Source of the DNA: Candidatus Poribacteria bacterium
Lineage (GTDB): Bacteria; Poribacteria; WGA-4E; PCPOR2b
NCBI GenBank assembly: GCA_965208675.1
Contig: OZ242351.1
Span: 1,856,001 to 1,920,000, forward strand
Direction of reading: 5' to 3'
DNA: 64,000 nucleotides
Shown: positions 38,585-47,997 of the stretch, piece after piece
Numbering within the stretch: the stretch's first letter is position 1
How the letters are laid out: each line of letters starts with the position of its first letter
Translations under genes and position numbers: made by a program
Notes under the pieces: generated by a model
What the model saw: only the letters and a program-made list of their open reading frames with translations
Databases searched by the model: none
What the model was told of the DNA's origin: nothing

Positions 38585-41500
38585 CTAATCCGTTTCGCCT
38601 ATAGATTTCGACTTAAAGGTCACGTGTAGGATGGCGCCGCTGCCACTCACGCCGCGTTCTGCAAGAAGCGCCGCTTTAAGCCCTGTAATTTTTCCCGCTG
38701 TGTTGTCAATGCGACCCACCTGAAAGAATGTTGCGCCGCCATCGGACTTCAGAAATTCACCTTCATTAACCTCAACAGCTTCAAGTCGAGCGGGGTCGAA
38801 GGCGATATCAAACTGCCAACCTGAAAAGTCGGAGACATTTTCTGCACGGACATCGAAGTTAAAGGTTCCGCCGAGGTAGATTGGCACCTCGGAAAATGCG
38901 TATCCTATACCGGTCGCTAACGTGTATTCGGTGCCGGGTTCAAATCCGAAAAAAGAATTATAGTTGGCTTCAATCGCCACTAGTAAGACATTTTTGCCTT
39001 GCCGAAGGGTGACCGGGAGAAAATCCGTGTAATCAAACGACGCATGGTAATCGAGGGACTCGTAAATCATATCTCCGTTGAGCAATACCCGAAAACTGTT
39101 ATGGCTGCCAACATATAACGTGGTTTCTTGTTGCCGCGGTGAATAAACGGACACGGTGCCATAGACGATGGCGCCATCAATGCGGCCGCCAAGCATTTGC
39201 TCCACGTTGTCATCCCCCGTAGGCGGCAATCGGCGGGAGGTCCAAACATCATTTCCGACCGAATCTCCAGCAGCTGCCCCTTGTGTAGCAACCTCGACTT
39301 CTGTCACTCTGCCTCTACTCGCTTTTGCCAATGAATCCGTATCCGCGAGAAGTCGCGTATCTGGTATTGTAACCCATAACCAGGGGCCCTCTATTTTCGG
39401 AGCTTCGGTGGGAAACACCGGATTACTGTGCCAAACGATCGTCGTATTCTCGCGTAACGCATTCAAAGGCGAAATATCAGAGATTTTGTTTACATAGAGC
39501 CCAAGCCATTTCAAGTTGGTTAACCCTGAAAGCGGCGTCACGTCCGAGATGTCGTTTTGTGCAACATTTAGCCACTTCAAGTTGGTTAACCCTGAAAGCG
39601 GCGATATATCGGATATGTCATTGACTGCAAGATTCAGATGATTTAATTCGGTTAGTCCTGAAAGAGGCGGTAAATCCGAGATTTGATTGGCATCAACGGC
39701 TAACCACTTCAAGTTGGTTAACCCTGAAAGCGGCGAAAGATTCGTTACCTGATTACTACCAAGGTGTAACCATTTCAGGTGAGTTAACTCCGCAAGGGGA
39801 TACAGGTCGGATACCTGATTACCACGAAAGTCTAGGCGCGTGACATTCGTTAACTCGATCAGCGGCGACAGATCTGACACCTGATTACCAGCAAGTTCAA
39901 GGTGCGTGAGGTTTGTTAACTTCCTTACGGGCGATAGGTCAGATATCTGATTAATTCGAGCCCAGAGTTCGCGTAATTCGATTAAGCCTGCGATTGGCGT
40001 TAGGTCGGATATGTTGTTACCCCAAATAGATAAAAACTCCAGATCTATCAATCTTGCAATTTCCGATAGGTCGGATACCTGATTATCACCAACATCTAGG
40101 TGTGTGAGATTCGTTAACCCCTTCACGGGCGATAGGTCGGATACTTGATTGTGAGGTATAATTAACCGAGTTAGCCCTTGTGCATGCTGCAACCCTGTCA
40201 AATTGCGCACACTCTTGTGCCGAATATCAATGATTCTCAGCTCTCCCATTTCCTCCACGGTAATCGGCGCGTTGGCGCTTTTGCCAAGCGACTCCGCAAT
40301 GGCTGCGCGCAGATTCGCATCCGGGATATTGACATGTGCACCCGGCAACTCATCTGGCGGCGTCACGTCGGAGGGCTCGCCAACCTCCAATGCATACATC
40401 ACATCTCGAAAACTTGTGGTCCAGACATCACGTTTCACGCTGCCGTTCGCACTATCTAAAGCTAACAAACCCAAGTTTTGTAACGCTATACTCTCACGAA
40501 TCTTCTGCAGGAAGGTCTCGACCTGCAACCCAACTACGGCAGCGGCATAGGCTGCGTCCACAGGTCCGTGAAACACGTCGTGGAAACGTGATATCGGCTC
40601 AACCCCGCCAAACTCACCACCCGTAGCTTCAAGCGCGTCACGGTAGCGGTTTATATCTTTTTCCACACGGGCATCCATGTCTGACTTTTGAACGTAGAGT
40701 CGTAATGCTTGCGCTTTGTCGTAAGGCGGGTTGGCGTGGCTTTCAATCGCGGAACGCACTTCGTCTTCGAATTTATTCATGCCCTCAATGTGGCAGCCAA
40801 AACAGGAAATTCCGTTGCGCACCGTCGGGTCGCTCGCGGCGGGGTTGGAAACGATGTTTATCGGGGCTTCATTCAACCGTTCTCCGGACTCATCGACAAT
40901 TAAGTATCCTTGCAAGCCGTTTGGCAGATTGAAGATAATCTCCCCGCCATCTTGCGTAAAATCCAGCGGGTGTGTAAAGATGTTTTGCGTTCCGATATTT
41001 CCGGCAAAGTCATAGCTTTTCCAATACGCCCCATATCGAGAGGCATGGCGTTCTACCACTCGGTTGTTATTAGAGACGCCTGAATTGTTGAACCCCGCCC
41101 GCCAAACGTGAACCCCCGGTGCATTGTTAAGGTTTCGTTCGACATTGACCTCCAATCGGCTTTCCAACTCACTGTCCGTAAACGGCAGAGAAAGCAGGTC
41201 GTGGTAGAGCGGAGGGCTAGACGCGGTTGCAAGAAACCAGTCAATATGAACCGACGGTATGACGCAGTTCATCTCCGTCTGTAACCTTGCCAGTTGTTCC
41301 TGCAGCGCGGTCTGTGCCGGTGCGTCAAACGAAATATGGTAGGGATACACATCTTCTATTTTCGTCCAGCCATCATCGACATCCCACTCGTAGTGCCGAA
41401 GATCGATGTAAAATATCGTCTGTTGCGGGTCAATGGGTTGTGGGTTGGTGACTTCACTCCCCCATGAGAGGCTATTGATTAGTTTGGAGAGTGCATTGCG

Positions 41501-42052
41501 GTACTCACGAAGTATCTCCACGCGCTCGTCTATGTTATAGAGATGAGTAAGTGTCAAGTAGCGGGCGAAGGATCGGTCAAACGGTGCGAGCGACATGAGG
41601 TGGGATTCAATGGTAACGAGTATTTCACCGGGGGAGATGAACTGCCTATCGGTTATTGGTGCCGCCGCCCAATCGCGCGCGCCGGTTAATATCCAGCGTC
41701 GAATGATGTCAATGGACTGGGCGGGCAAGGGCTCCGCTGCAAGTGGCATTTGTAACCCGCCGTCCTCAGTGGGACCTAGCAGGCGTTTGTACAAATCGGA
41801 GCCATCGGGGTTGCCTGGAATAACCGTACTCCCTTCTATGAGCAAGTCGTATTCCATAAGGAGTACGTCTCGGTAGGCGCCATCGGGACCGTGGCAGTTA
41901 AGACAGTTTTGCTCAAAGATGGCATAAGCATCTTGGGCTAGATGCGATTGGGCGAATATGTGTTGAGAACCTGCGATAATGAGAATTAGAGCGAAAAATG
42001 CGATGCGATACTGAGCCCCAATCGGAGTTGATGAAAAATTCAATTTGAACAT
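38585..42052 (-). CDS. Secreted multidomain protein: planctomycete-type cytochrome c domain, second CxxCH domain, 12 internalin-type LRRs, cohesin
   Basis: Signal peptide, CLNCH...PG-PD-S-L...MP, CFGCH, IPD-NLR-AI LRR cap, 22-aa LRRs, GWQFDI-FDP cohesin. Confidence 0.85.
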   Translation of the reverse strand: MFKLNFSSTPIGAQYRIAFFALILIIAGSQHIFAQSHLAQDAYAIFEQNCLNCHGPDGAYRDVLLMEYDLLIEGSTVIPGNPDGSDLYKRLLGPTEDGGLQMPLAAEPLPAQSIDIIRRWILTGARDWAAAPITDRQFISPGEILVTIESHLMSLAPFDRSFARYLTLTHLYNIDERVEILREYRNALSKLINSLSWGSEVTNPQPIDPQQTIFYIDLRHYEWDVDDGWTKIEDVYPYHISFDAPAQTALQEQLARLQTEMNCVIPSVHIDWFLATASSPPLYHDLLSLPFTDSELESRLEVNVERNLNNAPGVHVWRAGFNNSGVSNNNRVVERHASRYGAYWKSYDFAGNIGTQNIFTHPLDFTQDGGEIIFNLPNGLQGYLIVDESGERLNEAPINIVSNPAASDPTVRNGISCFGCHIEGMNKFEDEVRSAIESHANPPYDKAQALRLYVQKSDMDARVEKDINRYRDALEATGGEFGGVEPISRFHDVFHGPVDAAYAAAVVGLQVETFLQKIRESIALQNLGLLALDSANGSVKRDVWTTSFRDVMYALEVGEPSDVTPPDELPGAHVNIPDANLRAAIAESLGKSANAPITVEEMGELRIIDIRHKSVRNLTGLQHAQGLTRLIIPHNQVSDLSPVKGLTNLTHLDVGDNQVSDLSEIARLIDLEFLSIWGNNISDLTPIAGLIELRELWARINQISDLSPVRKLTNLTHLELAGNQVSDLSPLIELTNVTRLDFRGNQVSDLYPLAELTHLKWLHLGSNQVTNLSPLSGLTNLKWLAVDANQISDLPPLSGLTELNHLNLAVNDISDISPLSGLTNLKWLNVAQNDISDVTPLSGLTNLKWLGLYVNKISDISPLNALRENTTIVWHSNPVFPTEAPKIEGPWLWVTIPDTRLLADTDSLAKASRGRVTEVEVATQGAAAGDSVGNDVWTSRRLPPTGDDNVEQMLGGRIDGAIVYGTVSVYSPRQQETTLYVGSHNSFRVLLNGDMIYESLDYHASFDYTDFLPVTLRQGKNVLLVAIEANYNSFFGFEPGTEYTLATGIGYAFSEVPIYLGGTFNFDVRAENVSDFSGWQFDIAFDPARLEAVEVNEGEFLKSDGGATFFQVGRIDNTAGKITGLKAALLAERGVSGSGAILHVTFKSKSIGETD

Positions 42053-42369
42053 ATTGTCCTCATTTTCACAAATTTAATTCAGAGGCGAGAAAAACAAGTC
42101 TATTTCAGAATTCTCTCATTCCGTTCCCCACTATTCATTACAAAAATAATAACTGAACCGCTATATCCTGTCAATATGAAATATTCTATTTGTTTTTTAT
42201 AATGCCAACTGTCACTTGCATAGGGACGCCGATTCTCGGGATAATTTTTCTCTATACGCTTCGCAATTATGCTACAATGTGATTTGTTGTGGGAGTGCGA
42301 GTCCATTCGGCAATGGATTAAATTGTTCATCGGACAAAATTACGTTCAATAAAGGGATTACTACATTAT

Positions 42370-45201
42370 ATGGCAAATCGCGAGAAATGTTCTTATCAAA
42401 ATTCACGTATCAATTTCAAAAAATCTGCGCTAATCTTTCTGATTTTTAGCATTTTGCAAGTGAATCAAATGAATCAAACCTACGCGGACATTGTCAAAAT
42501 CCAGTCAGGTGATTCGGTAAGCCGCGACAATTTGGGACACAGCGTATCCATCAGTGGAGAATACGCCATCGTTGGCGCTCCGGGACAAATCGGTGATTCC
42601 GGCACGGCGCAAATTTTCTCTCTGAGCGAAAGAGGTTGGGCTAGGCAAGTAAAACTCACCGGCAGCGATCCGGCGCCCAGCGACAGATTCGGTTCGAGTG
42701 TCTCTTTAAGAGGGGATTACGCCATTGTTGGCGCGCCGGGAGACGCAACACTAGGACCAGACGCAGGCGCAGCGTACGTCTTCATTAGCAAACAGACCGG
42801 TTGGGCACTACAGGCAAAACTAATCCCGTCCGACGGAGAGCCGGAAGACCTATTTGGATTCTCAGTCGCAATGGATGGCGATACCGTTATCGTTGGATCT
42901 CACCGGAGCAACGTGCCCGGTGCAGATGCCGGCAGTGCCTATATCTTTGTGCGCCGCGGGTCTGATTGGATTCAACAGGCAAGACTAATCGCCAATGATG
43001 CGAATGAATTTGAGTGGTTCGGTTACGCTGTCGCCATCAGCGGAGACACCGCCATCGTTGGAGCAATTCGATCCAATTCAACAGGTAAAGATTCGGGGGC
43101 GGCGTATATCTTCGTGCGGAACGGCGACCTTTGGACGCAACAGGCGAAACTTGTCGGAGATAACACAGAACCGCGAGACAACTTTGGATTCTCTGTTGCT
43201 GTCAGCGGAGATATTGTTGTCATTGGTTCGCCCGGCAACACCTCTACGGGTTCCGCATATATTTTTGAGCGTGAAGGCGCCGAATGGGTTCAGCGCAGGA
43301 ACCGTGTTCGGCTTCGGATGTTTCCATACGATCCAAGAGGCAAGGGGTTGATCCAAAAGTCAGCGTCAGGCTTCGGTTACTCCGTTGCAATCACCGGAAA
43401 GAAAATCATTATCGGATCGCAATCCACCAAGATAGGAACGGCGGCAGTGGGTACAGCGTACATCTTCGAGCCCGATGAAGGAACTTTTTGGAGACAATCA
43501 GAACAACTTGCCGCAAGCAACGGAAAAAGGGACGATAAATTTGGCGCCGCGGTTGACATCGGTGAAGACTACCTGATTGTCGGGGCGCCGTCGCACAGCG
43601 CCGGCGGGAGCGACTCCGGCGTGTCCTATATCTTTGCACTCCATGAGAATGGTTGGACGCAGCGCGGAATTCTTGTTGATGACGATACCGCAATAGATGA
43701 CCGGTTTGGCGGAGCAGTATCTATCAGTGGTAACACTGCTATTGTTGGCGCACAAGAAAATGACGATGCCGGAAGCAACGCCGGCGCCGCTTATGTCTTC
43801 GAGCGTCAAGGCACAAATTGGGCGTTGCAAGCCAAACTCTTTTCTAACGAGGCAACATTGGGTGAACTGTTCGGATGCGCCGTCTCAATAAGCGGTGATG
43901 TCGCGCTCATTGGCGCGTGCGGCAATGATGACAATGGTCCTAGCGCCGGCGCCGCCTATGTCTTCATGCGTCACGGTATCGATTGGATTCAGGCGGCGAA
44001 ACTCATAGGCGGCGACACAAGGATGTTTGACCATTTCGGCGCTTCTGTTGCTATCGACGGCACAACCGCCGTTATTGGGGCATTTGGCAACGACAATGCC
44101 GGAGAAAACTCCGGTGCGGCCTACATCTTCACAAGCAACGGAAATACCTGGACGCAACAAGCCAAAATTACGAGTGACGACGCCATTACAGAGGACCTGT
44201 TCGGATTCTCTGTATCGGTTAGCGGTGATACTGCCATCGTCGGCGCCCATCAGAATGACGCCGCTGGCCCTGATTCTGGCGCCGCCTACGTCTTCGCGCG
44301 CAACGGCACGCGTTGGCAGCAACAAACAAAACTGCAACCCAAAGATGCGGGAATCGGCGACGAATTTGGTTACGCGGTAGCTATCCACGAGAATTTGCTC
44401 GTCGTGGGAGCGCGCAAGGACGATCACGCGGAAATCGACGCCGGATCGGCGTATATCTTTATTCGAAACGAGGAAGGTTGGCAACAGGATGAGAAGATTG
44501 TCGCGGACGACGCCGGGTTAGCGGATGAATTCGGCGCAGCTGTCGCTATAAATGGAAATCGCGTTCTCGTTGGCGCGTGGAAGGACGATCACCCTTTACT
44601 CCGCGATACAGATGACCCAGCCGAGGAAATTGATAAAGGGTCGGTGTATCCCTTCTTGCGTAGCGGATTTTTCTGGACTCAGAAGGAGAGAATTAACGCG
44701 CTTAGTCCATTCCGCTATGAGCAATTTGGCGTGGCTGTCGCCATTAGCAGAAATTTTGCCATTGTTGGAGGGCCCGGCAACGATGAAGCCGGAAATGACG
44801 CAGGGGCGGCATATATCTTCAATCCCAGGTCGCTCAATTTTATCCTGCCCAACGAGTCGTTCGCCGTTGAACCGTCTTCGAAAAAGATAACATCGCTCGG
44901 ACAAATCAAACGATCATCGCTCCTCCAGAATTACCCCAATCCGTTTAATCCCGAAACCTGGATTCCCTATCGGCTCTCAACGGCGGCAAATGTTGAAATT
45001 TTAATCTATGGTATTACCGGAAATCACGTCCGCACGCTTCAGTTAGGCAATAAAGCCAGAGGAGCGTATACTGTAAAGGATGAAGCCGCTTACTGGGACG
45101 GCCGAAATGATACGGGTGAGCGGGTTTCCAGCGGGATATATTTCTATCGTTTGTCAGCGGGCGATTATGCTGCTACTCGGCGGATGGTGATTGTCGAATG
45201 A
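42370..45201 (+). CDS. Secreted FG-GAP (integrin-alpha-like) repeat protein with FlgD-Ig / T9SS-CTD-like C-terminus
   Basis: 14 FG-SV-ISG---VGA...G-AYIF repeats; ends LLQNYPNPFNPETWIPY...WDGRND-GE-VSSG-YFY. Confidence 0.9.
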   Translation: MANREKCSYQNSRINFKKSALIFLIFSILQVNQMNQTYADIVKIQSGDSVSRDNLGHSVSISGEYAIVGAPGQIGDSGTAQIFSLSERGWARQVKLTGSDPAPSDRFGSSVSLRGDYAIVGAPGDATLGPDAGAAYVFISKQTGWALQAKLIPSDGEPEDLFGFSVAMDGDTVIVGSHRSNVPGADAGSAYIFVRRGSDWIQQARLIANDANEFEWFGYAVAISGDTAIVGAIRSNSTGKDSGAAYIFVRNGDLWTQQAKLVGDNTEPRDNFGFSVAVSGDIVVIGSPGNTSTGSAYIFEREGAEWVQRRNRVRLRMFPYDPRGKGLIQKSASGFGYSVAITGKKIIIGSQSTKIGTAAVGTAYIFEPDEGTFWRQSEQLAASNGKRDDKFGAAVDIGEDYLIVGAPSHSAGGSDSGVSYIFALHENGWTQRGILVDDDTAIDDRFGGAVSISGNTAIVGAQENDDAGSNAGAAYVFERQGTNWALQAKLFSNEATLGELFGCAVSISGDVALIGACGNDDNGPSAGAAYVFMRHGIDWIQAAKLIGGDTRMFDHFGASVAIDGTTAVIGAFGNDNAGENSGAAYIFTSNGNTWTQQAKITSDDAITEDLFGFSVSVSGDTAIVGAHQNDAAGPDSGAAYVFARNGTRWQQQTKLQPKDAGIGDEFGYAVAIHENLLVVGARKDDHAEIDAGSAYIFIRNEEGWQQDEKIVADDAGLADEFGAAVAINGNRVLVGAWKDDHPLLRDTDDPAEEIDKGSVYPFLRSGFFWTQKERINALSPFRYEQFGVAVAISRNFAIVGGPGNDEAGNDAGAAYIFNPRSLNFILPNESFAVEPSSKKITSLGQIKRSSLLQNYPNPFNPETWIPYRLSTAANVEILIYGITGNHVRTLQLGNKARGAYTVKDEAAYWDGRNDTGERVSSGIYFYRLSAGDYAATRRMVIVE

Positions 45202-45266
45202 GCGCAGCGGTCAACAACCACCATGGAAACCGAGTCGTAAGAAGTTGGCGCGGCAGCGGGCTTCAA

Positions 45267-47726
45267 TTAGCTTGTGTCTGTAATGATTAACGGATCAAGC
45301 TCGTGCGATGCTTTGATTTGGTCAATCAATTCCGCGGCTTTTTCCTTATCGCTAAACTGGCCGACAGTCACACGATACCACTGCTCAGAATCAATCATCA
45401 CCGGAGCAAGATGAACTGCTTCCTCCAAGCCTAACGATTGCAATAACTCAACGAGCACTTCAGCGTTCTCTCGGCTTTTGAATGAACTCACTAGCAGTGT
45501 GTACTTTGGCGCGTACATGGATTCAGCTTCAATCGCGTCTTTTTCAGTGTATTGCGATGCCGAAACCGCCGCGTTTTCCTGCTCTTGTGATTCCGCCTCA
45601 TCTTTGATTACTACTACTTCAACACGCCGATTTTTTCGTCGATTCGCCTCTGTTTCATTATCGGCGACGGGCCGCTCTTCACCATAGCCGATAGCCGACA
45701 ACTGCGATGGGTCGATATCAAATTCATCTACAAGATACATCATAACCGCATCCGCACGTTTTCGAGACAACTCGAGATTGAATGCGGCATCGCCGCGGTC
45801 GTCAGTGTGCCCTTCGATAACGGCTCGAGCGTACGGGTCAGCGTTGAGTGCTTCTGCCACTTTTTCGAGTGATGATCGAGACTCATCATTGATTTCGAAC
45901 GAGTTTGAGTCGAATGCCAATCCCGGCGTCGCCAGTATTTGTTCGCGCGCCTCACTTTGTTCAATCACGGCAGGCTCTTCGTCAAGCCCTCTCTGCAAAT
46001 CAATGAACGCGAAGGTGGTTTCGTTAGTTGAACGATTCCCCGCAAGGTCGTGGACCGTAAGTCCGCATCTGTATCGGGGATCCGCGCCCGCGGGAAGGCC
46101 GTGTCGGCGCCAGTTGTTCCAAACCATCGTATTCGGCGGAGTGCCCTCTCCTTTAATCTGGTCGATAGCGCGGCCGGTATCGTTGAAGAAATTAAACTCC
46201 CAGTGCGTAATCGGATTCTGGTCTGAAGCCTGCACATGAACGGTCGGCACGTTGACAACTAAGTCGTTGCTTGCAAATTCATCGTGAGGTTGTGCGCCCG
46301 CCTGCGTCGACAAAATCAGCGGTTCTGCGGATACTTTCAGCACAGCAGGGGTCGTATCAACGATAAATGCCATTTTGCGCTGTGGAAGTCGCTTGCCTGC
46401 CTCATCCGAATAGATGAGTTGCGCGGTGTACCGCCCATCACCCACTGGATTCCCTTCCACATCCTTCCCATTCCACTCAACGGCTTTCATCGGTTTTCCT
46501 GTGCCAGAAAACGTCTGTACCGTTTCGCGAAACTCGTTCCGGATTTCCAATTGCCAAGCGGCATCTTCAGCTACGTCAATTTCAAAAACCGCCATGTCCT
46601 TGACCCCATCGCCGTTTGGCGAGATGGCTTCTTCAGACATCCGCAAACCTGTTTGAACCTGCTGCGGCATCAATATCTGTGTCGGTTCCGGCAGTTCCGC
46701 GGGTTTCATCGGTTGCGCTTCTGCCGCGGTTACGATTGGCGGTTGATGCGCAGGCGTGCTTTCGGATCCGCCCCAACGTATCGTCGCCGAAATCCAATGG
46801 ATTCCCTGATCCAATTCATTTCCACTAACGTAAGCATAGTCAACCTGCCCGGAATCACTGCGAACCCCAAATCCCCTCGACCATTCACCTTCTGTGAATC
46901 GGTCGTAGTTGGCGATTCCCGTATAGCCGATTCGGAGGCCAAATCGATTATTGAATAACCATCTCTCTGCACCTAAATGCGTCCGAAAGCGATTCTGCCA
47001 ATGGTCTTGTTTATCGTTGTGGAGGACGATATCGCCGGAAAAGATAGTGTTGCCGTCGAGGCGGTAGGTCGTTCCGAGCCGGGTTATAGGCGCTATTTTT
47101 TTGACAAGCTGCCCGTTTTCAAAGAAATGCCCTCCCAACTCTTCAAAAGCCAAGCCGAAGGCGAGTCGACGACCTTCACGGTGCAAATCCCGTGAAAACG
47201 AAAAGCCCAAATCGAAACTCCATCCGAGCTGTGTCCGCAATGCAAAGTTTCGGCGATGATGGCGAATCGCCGCGCCGGCCGCAACATCCCGCCCTAACGA
47301 GAGGCCGTATCCGACCATCATGAGCCGGTTCACTTCAACATCGTTTCCCCATCCATCAAACCACGAGGATACAGACACATTCCCGATATTTTGCTTTGCA
47401 ATTCCTAATTCCTGCGGATTGAGTGCAAATGAAAAGGCGGCTTCACGTTTTCCAGCGGATTCCGAGAATGGCAACCCGACCAGCGTTGTCTCTGAACCGT
47501 TCAAGTAGCCTAACGCTGAAGCATTCCAAAAAAGGCTGTCACTCGACGATTCACCAGCGGTGAATGCGCTCCCCATTCCGAGCGCCCGAACATTAGTTCC
47601 AACGAATATCCGGCGGCGATGCTCGAAATCTGAATTTGTCAACCCAATTGATGTGAGCCCTAATGAGAAGATGAATATTGCCAATGCCAACTGTGCGTAA
47701 ACTGTAAGATTGTTGTGAGTTTTCAT
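45267..47726 (-). CDS. Outer-membrane protein: PorV/FadL-like beta-barrel, FlgD-Ig domains, OmpA C-terminal domain and SPOR domain
   Basis: RALGMGSAF...LFWN-SAL barrel motif; ISPNGDG-KD...WNGKD--G--V-DG-Y; IEGHTD--G----N--LS--RA...GYGE--P...NRRVE; terminal WYRV-VG-F. Confidence 0.85.
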   Translation of the reverse strand: MKTHNNLTVYAQLALAIFIFSLGLTSIGLTNSDFEHRRRIFVGTNVRALGMGSAFTAGESSSDSLFWNASALGYLNGSETTLVGLPFSESAGKREAAFSFALNPQELGIAKQNIGNVSVSSWFDGWGNDVEVNRLMMVGYGLSLGRDVAAGAAIRHHRRNFALRTQLGWSFDLGFSFSRDLHREGRRLAFGLAFEELGGHFFENGQLVKKIAPITRLGTTYRLDGNTIFSGDIVLHNDKQDHWQNRFRTHLGAERWLFNNRFGLRIGYTGIANYDRFTEGEWSRGFGVRSDSGQVDYAYVSGNELDQGIHWISATIRWGGSESTPAHQPPIVTAAEAQPMKPAELPEPTQILMPQQVQTGLRMSEEAISPNGDGVKDMAVFEIDVAEDAAWQLEIRNEFRETVQTFSGTGKPMKAVEWNGKDVEGNPVGDGRYTAQLIYSDEAGKRLPQRKMAFIVDTTPAVLKVSAEPLILSTQAGAQPHDEFASNDLVVNVPTVHVQASDQNPITHWEFNFFNDTGRAIDQIKGEGTPPNTMVWNNWRRHGLPAGADPRYRCGLTVHDLAGNRSTNETTFAFIDLQRGLDEEPAVIEQSEAREQILATPGLAFDSNSFEINDESRSSLEKVAEALNADPYARAVIEGHTDDRGDAAFNLELSRKRADAVMMYLVDEFDIDPSQLSAIGYGEERPVADNETEANRRKNRRVEVVVIKDEAESQEQENAAVSASQYTEKDAIEAESMYAPKYTLLVSSFKSRENAEVLVELLQSLGLEEAVHLAPVMIDSEQWYRVTVGQFSDKEKAAELIDQIKASHELDPLIITDTS

Positions 47727-47997
47727 GGTACAAGCTCCACTTCTGAGTTGTGTGTTGTATTGCGCTGCCGCGCCATACAGTGTCCTCTATTATATGAACA
47801 TTAACATCGCAGAACAATTTTGCCATACAAACGACTTTAATTGACTGATGGATACAAAAAAGGGGACGAATCATGGTCATACATGGGGTGGGGAGCTTGT
47901 GTCGTTTACGCCGCGGCTGCAACTAATCATGAAACGTCGAACGCAACAACTCAATGCCGCAAACGCAGTCAGGTTCGGCTATTGTGGTGAGAACGGC

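Larger units (their letters stand above)
37889..42052 (-). pseudogene. Large secreted diheme/LRR/cohesin/dockerin/CTD gene interrupted by one in-frame TAG at 38585-38587
   Basis: Both track ORFs are in the same frame and read ...KSIGETD*ELQNFKFG..., inside one cohesin domain. Confidence 0.6.

Noticed and set aside
38585-38587. Genome-wide TAG recoding or pyrrolysine
   Set aside because: Many intact genes here end at TAG (for example 1608, 2717, 4283, 50331), and no pyl genes are in the window.
39460-40240. Diversity-generating retroelement target in the LRR array
   Set aside because: No reverse transcriptase or template repeat, and the differences are not adenine-specific.
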